From assembly GCA_964452145.1 (NCBI GenBank), contig CAYVLA010000029.1:1-30839 (forward strand): a DNA stretch of 30,839 bases, written 5' to 3'. Shown here piece by piece: positions 8,231 through 16,364 of the stretch. Numbering within the stretch: the stretch's first letter is position 1; each line of letters begins with the position of its first letter. The stretch comes from Candidatus Hadarchaeota archaeon. Its GTDB lineage: Archaea; CAYQAE01; CAYVLA01. Under the pieces are notes generated by a model. It had not been told where the DNA came from. It saw only the letters and a list, made by a program, of their open reading frames with translations, and did not search any database. A program made the translations under genes and the position numbers.

Positions 8231-10393
8231 CTAGACCTCCGGGGCCTTCCTGAATCCAAGCACGCTCTTTCCATGAATCCGGTGTTCACCGGGCCTGGTT
8301 GTCCGCAGGATGCATCGGCCGCCCTCGGGCTCAATGCACGTCAGGCTGGATCCAGGCGCGCCAAGGAAGGAGACATCCACCGGGTGGGCTTCGTGCGAGA
8401 TGTTGGCATAGACGGCGACCAAGGAGCCGTCAGGAGCTTCCCAGACCGAGCCCAAGACGGCGGGAACGTTCCTCACGACCGTGTCCGCCTCTTCCGGAAG
8501 GGTGTAGATACCGCGTCTTGTGCAGAGCACTCCTGTTAGGCTACCCGGAACCGAGGCGGGACCTAGATATGCTCCCCTTACAAGGTGATCCCCCAGAAGG
8601 CTATGAAGAAGGCAGACGTCTCTGAAGAATTCTAGGCTCGCCGCAAACCTAGCGTTGTCGGCCTGTGAAGGATCAAAGTTGGCAACCATGGGCTTCTGCC
8701 CGAAGACAAGACAGCGAGCCATCTCCAGGTCGAACTGGTCGGCGAAGCGTGTGAAGTCCCCGGCCTCAGCCGGGGCCCTGATGGGCCACAGCTCGTCATA
8801 GGGAGGCGGGGCCAGCGATGCATAGCTTCCGAAGGTCACGACAAACTCGTGGTACACGCTGTTGAACATCGGTATGGGCTCCCATGAATCGCCAAGGGAC
8901 CTGAACATGCCCATCCTCTCATAGGAGGGCGACAAGGTGAGAAACGCATCCAGAAGATCCAAGTAAACCTCGCAGCAGCCCTCCGAACACAGCATGGCGT
9001 CGCTGTTCTCGATTCTCACTGCGTCCCTTGATCGCCGCAGAACGGATCTGTTCCCCTCCGCCCAGACCGCTCCTCCGCCAGGCGGGTGTCCGTGGGATCC
9101 GGAATTGCAGATTCTTGGCGGGGCTGAGGCGATCTGATCCACGTACACTCCATCGGATCCATACCGCAGAAGCTCGGCCGCGATCTCGGAGATCACATCT
9201 CCCCAATAGTCGCTTGCGGGACAGACGACGCCCAGACCGGCCTTGGTGTACCTACAGTAGGTCTCGATCTTCACCTGCCCCGTCGAGTCAACCACCGCCT
9301 CTCCTTCGCGCCAAGCTTCGGAGCGGGGATCACAGCAGCGCCCGTTGATGTAGTGGATGCACCTAAGTCCGTGCCGGTGCAGTTCTTCGAGGGCGGCCTT
9401 GAACGCCTCGGGCCCATCCCTGGGCGGGAGATAGTCGGGCAGCATCGTGTCGTAGGGATTGCCATGCCACCAGTACCAGTCCACTGCAACCGGAAGGGAT
9501 AGGTACCCAGACAAGGCGATGGCTGGCTTAACCACTTGGGCGGCGCGGCCCCGATTCCAGATCCACCCCGGGATTGACTGGAGCCAAGCAGGCACCGAGC
9601 CCGTCGACAGCTTTCCCCGGTTGCACCATGCCTGGGATAGGGCCCATGATCGGTAGATCCTCGAGCCATCAAGCCAAGTGCCGTCGTAGGTTCCGATGAC
9701 CGCGGGATAGGGTAGGCCGGCAGCCCTGGAGGGATCGGCAAGGTGGTGCCTGAGGGTGAAGCTGACGCCACCCAATCCATCCCGCTCAACCGAGAAATCC
9801 TTTACGTGTCCCTCAGCATCGTGGCTGGCCAGGTATAGTCCGGGCCCCCCCTCGGCCCCGAATACCAGAAACTGCATGGAGTAGTTCCCCGGGTAGCTTC
9901 CTCTCAGGCGAAAGGATGTGCCGGGATTGCGAAAGATCGCATTGACGGGATCGCGGACCAGAATGCCCTGTTCGAAGGGAAAGGCCAGATACGGTTTCTC
10001 CTCCGGGACGGCCAGGTTGCACAGGCATGGGAAATCGACGTGCTCTATCCTGGAAAGCTCGCCCATCTCTTGGATCCGTAGATGAAGGCAGATCGTTCCG
10101 TCACTGCCCTCCCGGGCCTCGACCACGGCCTTGGCAGATGCGGGGAGGTCGAAGCCGAGCAGGACCCTGTCAGGGGACTGGCCAAGGCAAGCCGAGGTGC
10201 CGTCGGATGAGGAGATTTCCCGCCTTTCCCGTCTCCGATCCAGCCCCGACAGCCTGAAAATGCTCCCTGGCATCCCGGCCAGCACCCAGTCGCGGTCGGC
10301 CTGGCGGTCAACTATGGACACAACCGAGAAACCCGATCGTGACAATCCCAGCTTCGTCCTTCCGCTGCCGAAGACCAGCTCCCGGCGTCCCAT
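8231..10393 (-). CDS. DUF6259-type putative glycoside hydrolase (N-terminal beta-supersandwich plus TIM barrel), cytoplasmic
   Basis: YPGNYSMQF, WYWWH..PYDT.LPDYLPP, HYINGR, DGVYVDQI, C....HGHPPGGG, SEGCCEVYLDLLD and IPMFNSVYH. Its start overlaps the kinase stop (TGATG). Confidence 0.75.
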   Translation of the reverse strand: MGRRELVFGSGRTKLGLSRSGFSVVSIVDRQADRDWVLAGMPGSIFRLSGLDRRRERREISSSDGTSACLGQSPDRVLLGFDLPASAKAVVEAREGSDGTICLHLRIQEMGELSRIEHVDFPCLCNLAVPEEKPYLAFPFEQGILVRDPVNAIFRNPGTSFRLRGSYPGNYSMQFLVFGAEGGPGLYLASHDAEGHVKDFSVERDGLGGVSFTLRHHLADPSRAAGLPYPAVIGTYDGTWLDGSRIYRSWALSQAWCNRGKLSTGSVPAWLQSIPGWIWNRGRAAQVVKPAIALSGYLSLPVAVDWYWWHGNPYDTMLPDYLPPRDGPEAFKAALEELHRHGLRCIHYINGRCCDPRSEAWREGEAVVDSTGQVKIETYCRYTKAGLGVVCPASDYWGDVISEIAAELLRYGSDGVYVDQIASAPPRICNSGSHGHPPGGGAVWAEGNRSVLRRSRDAVRIENSDAMLCSEGCCEVYLDLLDAFLTLSPSYERMGMFRSLGDSWEPIPMFNSVYHEFVVTFGSYASLAPPPYDELWPIRAPAEAGDFTRFADQFDLEMARCLVFGQKPMVANFDPSQADNARFAASLEFFRDVCLLHSLLGDHLVRGAYLGPASVPGSLTGVLCTRRGIYTLPEEADTVVRNVPAVLGSVWEAPDGSLVAVYANISHEAHPVDVSFLGAPGSSLTCIEPEGGRCILRTTRPGEHRIHGKSVLGFRKAPEV

Positions 10394-11373
10394 CAGATCC
10401 CCGCCTTTGCAAGCCCCTGCCTGACTGCGGCTCGGAAGGCCTCATCGACCGGGCCGAGCATCCCCCTAGCCATGATGAGAGCTCCTCCAACCGGAGGAAG
10501 GACGCCCTCCGACACCGAGAACAGAACGTGCCGTCGTGACAGCTCATGCTTGAGGGCCGGAACGATCAAGTCAGCGTCCTTGAAGATCCCCCCGACGCAG
10601 GCCAGATCGACCATGCCAAGGCCGAGCCTGCCAGCCACGGCCTCAACCATCCCCGCCAGCTCCCTTCCCGCCGCCTGGATGATCTCGATCGCTGCCTCGT
10701 CACCCGAGCGCGCCGCTACGAACACCAGGGGAGCCAGCCTGGGCATCTCCTCCGCAAATGCCCCGTCGAGGGATTTCTCAACGAGGGCGTCGGGGCCCGA
10801 GACACCGAGCGCATCCTCCACCAGTCTTACCAGAGCGGATCCGGGTCGGCGACCGTCATAGACTTTCATGACCTCGGCCAAGGCCCTTCTTGCAAGATCG
10901 AAGGCGCCTCCCTGATCGCCCAAGAAGCGCCCCCATCCGCCAGCCCGCTCAAACCTGCCCTTGCCGTCCTGCCCGAGCGCCATGGAACCAGTGCCACAGA
11001 TCAGCACAACCCCCGGCTTTGCTCCGAGAGCGGCTTCCAGCGCTATCCTTGCATCGGTGGTGACTTGTGCAAGCCCGCAGTCAGGACCGCCAGCCATTGA
11101 CAGGGATTGCTCGAGGATGCGCCTGGCCGTCTCTTCCCCGGAAGTCCTCCCGCACCCAGCCAGCCCCAGGCAGAGGGACGCTATCTCATCTACGCCCGCG
11201 TGTTTGCAGGCCCCACGGATCGCGCAGGAGACGGATCTCCGCGCCCGCTTCTCCCCAACCAAGACGAAGTTGGACGGCCCTGCACTTGCCGATGAGAGGA
11301 TTCTGCCAGCATCATCCGACAGAACGCAGAGGGTCTTGGTCCCGCCGCCATCGATTCCGCAGATGATCGCCAA
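10393..11373 (-). CDS. BadF/BadG/BcrA/BcrD-family sugar kinase (MurK/NagK-like MurNAc/GlcNAc kinase)
   Basis: GIDGGGTKT, GPSN, GLAG, DARIAL, LICGTGS, RAGGWG.FLGDQGG and VGGIF. It is divergent from murQ. Confidence 0.88.
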   Translation of the reverse strand: MAIICGIDGGGTKTLCVLSDDAGRILSSASAGPSNFVLVGEKRARRSVSCAIRGACKHAGVDEIASLCLGLAGCGRTSGEETARRILEQSLSMAGGPDCGLAQVTTDARIALEAALGAKPGVVLICGTGSMALGQDGKGRFERAGGWGRFLGDQGGAFDLARRALAEVMKVYDGRRPGSALVRLVEDALGVSGPDALVEKSLDGAFAEEMPRLAPLVFVAARSGDEAAIEIIQAAGRELAGMVEAVAGRLGLGMVDLACVGGIFKDADLIVPALKHELSRRHVLFSVSEGVLPPVGGALIMARGMLGPVDEAFRAAVRQGLAKAGI

Positions 11374-11442
11374 CCAGCTCTCCCTCGACTGAGCCCCCGG
11401 CCTTGAGTGGATCCCTTACAGGCAGCTGGCTGGCACCTTGCG

Positions 11443-11450
11443 TTTAAATA
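11443..11450. promoter_or_regulatory. TATA box between the divergent kinase and murQ genes (possibly bidirectional)
   Basis: TTTAAATA (TATTTAAA on the minus strand) is the only AT-rich island in the 113-bp spacer. Confidence 0.6.
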
Positions 11451-11486
11451 GATAGCTGGCATTCAGGACAGGGAGGAGGAAGAAGG

Positions 11487-12395
11487 ACGCCCGTCGATCT
11501 CAAACGGCTTCTAACCGAGAAGCCGAATCCCAGGACCGCAGACATAGACTCCAAGACGACGGTTGAGATACTCCGCACGATCAACGAGGAGGATGCCAAG
11601 GTACCTTTGGCCATCAAGCCCCACATTCCCCAGATCACCCGCGCCGCAGAATGCTATGTACAGTGCATAGAGTCGGGTGGACGCATATTCTATGCGGGCG
11701 CGGGGACCAGCGGCAGGCTCGGCATTCTGGACGCAGCCGAGTGTCCGCCCACCTTCAGCACCGATCCCGGCCTCATCAGGGGGTTGATAGCCGGCGGCCC
11801 GGAGGCGGTGTTCCGCTCCAGTGAGGGTGCGGAGGACGACCTGACGGGGGGAGCGAGGGCCGTATCCGAGGCGGGAATCAGACCGGGAGATGTTCTGGTG
11901 GGCCTCGCCGCAAGCGGACGCACCCCCTGGGTCGTGGGGGCGCTCCGGAAGGGAAGGGAGCTTGGGGCCAAGATCATCACAATCGACTGCACGCCGAGGT
12001 CCGAGATCTCGGATCTGGCAGATATACCCATATCCATCCACGTCGGGGCCGAGGTCATCGCGGGCTCGACCCGGATGAAGGCGGGCACCGCCCAGAAACT
12101 CGTTCTCAACATGCTCAGCACCACGGCCATGATACGTCTGGGCAAAGTATACGGCAATCTCATGGTCGACCTGCAGCCATGGAGCGAAAAGCTGCGGGAA
12201 AGGGGCAAGGCGATAGTGTCCAAGGCCGCTGGTGTTTCGAAGGCTCGGGCCGGGGAGCTTCTTGATCGGTCGGGCGGCGACGTGAAGGTGGCCCTGGTGA
12301 TGGCTCAAACAGGCAAAGATCCGGACGAGGCCAAGCGCCTGCTTGAGAAGGCTCGCGGGCTGGTGAGGAAGGCCATCGAGCTGGGACTCAGATGA
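11487..12395 (+). CDS. murQ: N-acetylmuramic acid 6-phosphate etherase
   Basis: LTEKPNPRTADID...INEED, GGRIFYAGAGTSGRLGILDAAECPPTF, EGAED, GLAASGRTP, GAEVIAGSTRMKAGTAQKLVLNMLST and GKVYGNLMVD. Homology extends 40 codons upstream of the track start, to ACG 11487 behind GGAGGAGG (302 aa). Confidence 0.96.
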   Translation, partial: TPVDLKRLLTEKPNPRTADIDSKTTVEILRTINEEDAKVPLAIKPHIPQITRAAECYVQCIESGGRIFYAGAGTSGRLGILDAAECPPTFSTDPGLIRGLIAGGPEAVFRSSEGAEDDLTGGARAVSEAGIRPGDVLVGLAASGRTPWVVGALRKGRELGAKIITIDCTPRSEISDLADIPISIHVGAEVIAGSTRMKAGTAQKLVLNMLSTTAMIRLGKVYGNLMVDLQPWSEKLRERGKAIVSKAAGVSKARAGELLDRSGGDVKVALVMAQTGKDPDEAKRLLEKARGLVRKAIELGLR

Positions 12396-12434
12396 CCTGG
12401 GCGACCGGCCGGACAAGGCAGCGGCCACCCTTCT

Positions 12435-13409
12435 TCATCGCAGCCGTTTCCTCAAACCATCGATTGCCTCAATGTCCGCATCGGTCACCGCGCCGTAATG
12501 AAAAAGCACCACGCCATCGGCACCCGCCTCGACCACACCTCGGATCTGGTCCGACAAGGCTTGCGTAGTCAACTGTGAGCCGCTGCTGGACTTGCCCAGA
12601 CCTTCCCAGACCGGCACCCTTCCGCCGACCAAGGCCAGGTGCGAAGTCGTGCGCGTCACCGCGACCCGGAGGGAGTTGGTGTAGTTCATAGGGAAGAGGT
12701 AGTCCACCAGACCCTGCTCGGCCCAGCTTAGCCAATCCTGGGCCTGGGTCCTGACGGAGTCCGGATAGCCCGCGAATACTGCGGCTGATAGCTCGAGGCT
12801 GCGCCTAATGGTTAGGTCCCGAATCTCGGAGACGAAGTGGTTGATGCGGGACATGCGCCAGTCCACCCAAGCCTCGTAGGCCGGGTCCCTCGGCTGCATG
12901 CTGTCCACGTCCACGCCCCTATCACACATCTGGCTCCGGCAGTACTCACACTTGCAGACCCCACCGGTGCGGATGTAGTCAAGGTGGAGCCCTGCAGGTC
13001 GGTACCTCGCGGCGACGTCCTCATAGAGTCTGTATACATAGTCCTGCACCTCGGGCCGGCATGCACAAGCCCAGGGCCTGGTGCTCTCGAAGCGGGCGGC
13101 ATACTCGGGATGCATCCTCAGCAGCTTGGATTGCTCCCCTTCGGTGAAGACGCAGAACCACGGATGCACCTTCACCCCGCGCTCGCCGCATGCCTGAATG
13201 AGGACCTTGAGAGGATCCCAGCGAGGATAGTCCGCCTCAACATCTGCCAGATCGGTCAGGAAGCTCACGGCACCCGCGGTACTCTTGACGCAGACGATCA
13301 GCAGGTCGAACCCCGCGTTCGAAAGCCGAGAGGCATGCTCATCGATCTCATCCTCCGAACCGAAATCCCCTATGTGATGGGACCACACCCCCAAACCGAA
13401 TCTCCTCAT
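12435..13409 (-). CDS. GHL10/DUF187 (COG1649, YddW/DigH-like) glycosyl hydrolase, no signal peptide
   Basis: WDPLKVLIQACGERGVKVHPWF, PEVQDYV, GLHLDYIR, LSAAVF, AQDW.SW...GLVDYLFPMNY and GVVLFHY. True start is ATG 13409, with GGAGG upstream and an ATGA overlap with the rhodanese stop. Confidence 0.88.
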   Translation of the reverse strand: MRRFGLGVWSHHIGDFGSEDEIDEHASRLSNAGFDLLIVCVKSTAGAVSFLTDLADVEADYPRWDPLKVLIQACGERGVKVHPWFCVFTEGEQSKLLRMHPEYAARFESTRPWACACRPEVQDYVYRLYEDVAARYRPAGLHLDYIRTGGVCKCEYCRSQMCDRGVDVDSMQPRDPAYEAWVDWRMSRINHFVSEIRDLTIRRSLELSAAVFAGYPDSVRTQAQDWLSWAEQGLVDYLFPMNYTNSLRVAVTRTTSHLALVGGRVPVWEGLGKSSSGSQLTTQALSDQIRGVVEAGADGVVLFHYGAVTDADIEAIDGLRKRLR

Positions 13410-13954
13410 CTGGGCCCTCCCGCCAAGGATTCGCCCCTCCTGCCGGAGAGTCCGCCCCGATGAACACGCACCGCCAGAATCGCGAGGAAACCGATGGCCC
13501 CTGCAATCACCCAACCCTCCTCGATCTGAAAGATGCCCGGTTGCGGCCCAACGACGAAGGGATAGCCCGCCGCCTTCCATGCGGTGAACCCGCCAGCCAT
13601 GTTGCTTACGTTCTCATACCCGAGGGCGGTTAGGACGCCGCTCGCCGAAGCCGATCTCCCGCCCACTGCGCAGTACACCAGTATGGGCCACGACCTGTCA
13701 GATGGCAACTCCGAAACCCTGGCTTCCATCTGGTTGTTTGGGATCAGATAGGCCCCGCCAATGTGCCCGACATCGTACTCGCTCTGGGCTCTCACGTCCA
13801 GGAGGAACACGGAAGCGTTAAGGCTCAGCATCAGATATGCCTCCTCCACCGTTACATCCGTATAGGCGCAGGACTGAGGCGGGACCGCAAAGACGAGAAA
13901 CAGGGCAGCGAAGACGGCCCAATCCGAGCAGAGACGAAGACGCGTCGAATCCAT
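13406..13954 (-). CDS. Exported single-domain rhodanese (sulfurtransferase) with C-terminal membrane anchor
   Basis: N-terminal hydrophobic signal (WAVFAALFLVFAVPPQSCA), LLDVR...EY..GHI.GA, active-site loop YCAVGGRS, MAGGFTAW..AGYP and a C-terminal IEE + TM + RVHR. Start is 13954 or 13984. Confidence 0.88.
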   Translation of the reverse strand: MDSTRLRLCSDWAVFAALFLVFAVPPQSCAYTDVTVEEAYLMLSLNASVFLLDVRAQSEYDVGHIGGAYLIPNNQMEARVSELPSDRSWPILVYCAVGGRSASASGVLTALGYENVSNMAGGFTAWKAAGYPFVVGPQPGIFQIEEGWVIAGAIGFLAILAVRVHRGGLSGRRGESLAGGPR

Positions 13955-13994
13955 ACCTTCTGCCGATTCCTTCGCTCTTTGCATGTCCAAGTAC

Positions 13995-15044
13995 CTACCT
14001 AGGGAACCTCTCCGACAGACCAGGCATGCCTGGGAAGGGGGCATGGGGTTCGGCCTGGTACCAGTAGGCAACCGAGGCAATGTCGTCGGCGAGGGGCTGA
14101 AACTTGTGGTTAGGCCACCATCCCAAGGCCTGGATGGTCACCTTCAGCCTCTTGGCAAACCTTATCGGGTCCATGACGTGCCACCTGTACAGGCAGTGTT
14201 TGGGCACCTCCCCTGGCTCCTTCCGCCAGAGCGGGTACCCCAGAAACGCCGTGGAGTAGGTGTCCCCAAAGCCCCACGCGCCTCCGAAGTAGTCCTCGGT
14301 TCCCGTGCCACAGATGGTGGGGCTGTCCCCGTCATCGTCGATGAAGAACTTCACCTCGCCCTCCACCCACCAGCCATTGGAAAGTTGGGTCCAGGCCAGG
14401 AAGGTCCCCACATAGTGTCCCCTTCCCCTCACTCCGTCCAGAATCGTGTGCTGGGGCTCGCCTCGCGGGGTGACCGACCTCCTCCACTGGGCATGGAAGT
14501 AGGCGGCCTCCGCGGGCACGCCGCCTAGAGCATAGGTGATCTGATAGAAGAAGCCGGGTATGTCCTCCCATCGCTGGTTCTCCACGGTTACCTTTGCGCT
14601 CCTTCTGAAAGGCATGGGCCAATAGGAGTTGAAGCCTCCGGAGGGGTTGACCGCCACGAGGAGGCTGTTGACCTTGTAGCGAAGGGCGTGCCCGCAGGCA
14701 AAGAAATCCCCCAGAGGCACCTCAATGGAGGGGGTCTCCTCGCCGTCCCAGTGGAACCTGATTATGGCATCCCTGTAGGCCTTGGGGTCGACAGTGATCC
14801 AGATATGCTGAATCCTGCCGGGTCCTTGGATCTCGGCAAGCGTGGTCAGCGACTGTTTGGGAAGCGTTATGCAAGGCCTTACCTTCCAGCCCTTTCCCAG
14901 GTCCGAGGCCGCGCCACCCTCGGGTGCAGATAGCGCGCCCCTACCCGGGTCTCCCGTCGGATTCTCGGCCGAGATGGATCGAGTCCTGTCGTCGGAAAGA
15001 ATGGGCAGTGACCCTAGGTTCAGTCCCTCCGCTTCCATGGACAT
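13995..15044 (-). CDS. DUF2961/GH172-family glycoside hydrolase (alpha-D-arabinofuranosidase/fructofuranosidase-like)
   Basis: TRSISAENPTG, GPGRIQHIWIT, WDGEETPSIEVPLGDFF, NSYWPMPF, YFHAQWRR, EGEVKFF, GTGTEDYFGGAW, YRWHVMDPIRF and SVAYWYQ. Start is ATG 15044 or 15038. Confidence 0.92.
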   Translation of the reverse strand: MSMEAEGLNLGSLPILSDDRTRSISAENPTGDPGRGALSAPEGGAASDLGKGWKVRPCITLPKQSLTTLAEIQGPGRIQHIWITVDPKAYRDAIIRFHWDGEETPSIEVPLGDFFACGHALRYKVNSLLVAVNPSGGFNSYWPMPFRRSAKVTVENQRWEDIPGFFYQITYALGGVPAEAAYFHAQWRRSVTPRGEPQHTILDGVRGRGHYVGTFLAWTQLSNGWWVEGEVKFFIDDDGDSPTICGTGTEDYFGGAWGFGDTYSTAFLGYPLWRKEPGEVPKHCLYRWHVMDPIRFAKRLKVTIQALGWWPNHKFQPLADDIASVAYWYQAEPHAPFPGMPGLSERFPR

Positions 15045-15060
15045 CACTTGATGCCTTTCT

Positions 15061-15120
15061 GTTATATCTCTTTCATGCTCGCATCCACGCATGGAGGGTC
15101 GGAAGCGAGCGATATTTATT
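15061..15120. promoter_or_regulatory. Divergent promoter pair for the GH172 operon and the six-hairpin gene
   Basis: Minus strand GAAAGAGATATAAC (15061-15074); plus strand GATATTTATT (15111-15120). Confidence 0.5.
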
Positions 15121-15149
15121 GGAAAATGCAACTCGAGATTGAGGATGAA

Positions 15150-16364
15150 ATGAGGGGGCTCGCACTACTGGCAGTTCTTTTCTTGCTCCTCGCCCAGACC
15201 AACCTCGCCAGGGAGAAGAAGCCACAATACGCACACGACGCCAGGGCGGTTCTCTCCTTTTTGGAGAGGGAATTCTGGGACCCGAAAGAGGGGGGCTTCT
15301 TCTCCAACCCCTATGGCAGCCCCGTGAAGCTGTCTTACGAGCAAGCTCTGGTGGCCTTCGCCGAGTACACCTTGTACAACGCGACCGGGGACAGGAAGTA
15401 CCTGGACCGGGCCGAGGCGGTTATGAGCCGCCTCTCTTCGTACGACTCCCCGACGGGGGGTTGCCTTAGAATCGCCAAGGAGCAGGGGCCGTTCCATGCC
15501 CGCGAGCAATCGGTGATCATGACGGCATACCTAGAGGCCTACCGGAACACGGGAAAGGAGGAGTACCGGAGCCGGTACAGAACCTTGGCCGCATTCATCC
15601 TCTCCAAGCTGAGAGACCCAGATAGGCCCGGCGCGATCCGAGCCTGGTGGGATGCCGACACGGGCAACTGGTCCCAGGGATCGCAGTGCGCGGACTTCTT
15701 CGAACCAGCGGCGTCCTTCTTCCAGGCCTACGCGATCGACGGGAACCAGACCTATCTGGATGCCGCAAAAGAGATCCTAGCCGGCTCCGAGATTCTGTGG
15801 GACGATGACAATTATGGTTACTCCCATGCGATCGATGATGATACCAGGAGGACCCGCGATCACGCCCTCGGAGCCCTCGCCTACCTCTCGGCCTATGACC
15901 AGACCAACCGGAAGGACTATCTGCAGAGGGCCATCGAAATCCTATTCTACTCCGTGAGCAGGCTGGGCGATCAAGTGAGCCGCACGTTCTGCGAGGCCGT
16001 CTCCCGGGACGGCGAGGTGACGGACGCTCGTAGAAGGACGGTGGACCATCTGCTCATGGCCCGGGTCTACATGTACGCCTATGAGGTCACCCTGGAGGAC
16101 AAGTACCTTAACCAAGGGCGTTCCTTGCTGGATTCCGTGCTTAGCAAGGCCTACGATGCAAGCGTTGGATCCTTCACCGATCAGATAGGTGGCGGAGTCA
16201 TGGGCGATCTCCAGGTTCAGGCCCATGGGGCCATCACCCTGATCCAGGGATACCGGATACTGACCGTTGGTCCCTCCCCACTCATAAGCATAGTCGTAAT
16301 GGCGGCCATGGTGGGGCTTGTTGTCTTCGTGGTGTACCTGTTCAGGAAGTCGTGGCCGTATTGA
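15150..16364 (+). CDS. Secreted, membrane-anchored (alpha/alpha)6 six-hairpin protein (AGE-epimerase/GH76-like fold)
   Basis: Signal peptide MRGLALLAVLFLLLAQTNLA behind GAGG. Repeated hairpin units (LY.ATGD.KYLDRA, AY..TG...Y, AY..DGNQTYLDAA, AY..T....YL.RA) and WDP..GGF turns. C-terminal TM plus RK. Confidence 0.75.
   Translation: MRGLALLAVLFLLLAQTNLAREKKPQYAHDARAVLSFLEREFWDPKEGGFFSNPYGSPVKLSYEQALVAFAEYTLYNATGDRKYLDRAEAVMSRLSSYDSPTGGCLRIAKEQGPFHAREQSVIMTAYLEAYRNTGKEEYRSRYRTLAAFILSKLRDPDRPGAIRAWWDADTGNWSQGSQCADFFEPAASFFQAYAIDGNQTYLDAAKEILAGSEILWDDDNYGYSHAIDDDTRRTRDHALGALAYLSAYDQTNRKDYLQRAIEILFYSVSRLGDQVSRTFCEAVSRDGEVTDARRRTVDHLLMARVYMYAYEVTLEDKYLNQGRSLLDSVLSKAYDASVGSFTDQIGGGVMGDLQVQAHGAITLIQGYRILTVGPSPLISIVVMAAMVGLVVFVVYLFRKSWPY

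Noticed and set aside
5879..11422. Shared 10-mer CCTGTAAGGG downstream of two TATA boxes (5879-5888 plus strand; 11413-11422 minus strand)
   Set aside because: There are only two copies, at different spacings. A 10-mer match among the intergenic sequences is plausible by chance.
11511..12428. 305-aa antisense ORF over murQ, and the many other long shadow ORFs
   Set aside because: These are expected in GC-rich coding DNA. They have no recognisable motifs and each overlaps a well-supported gene.
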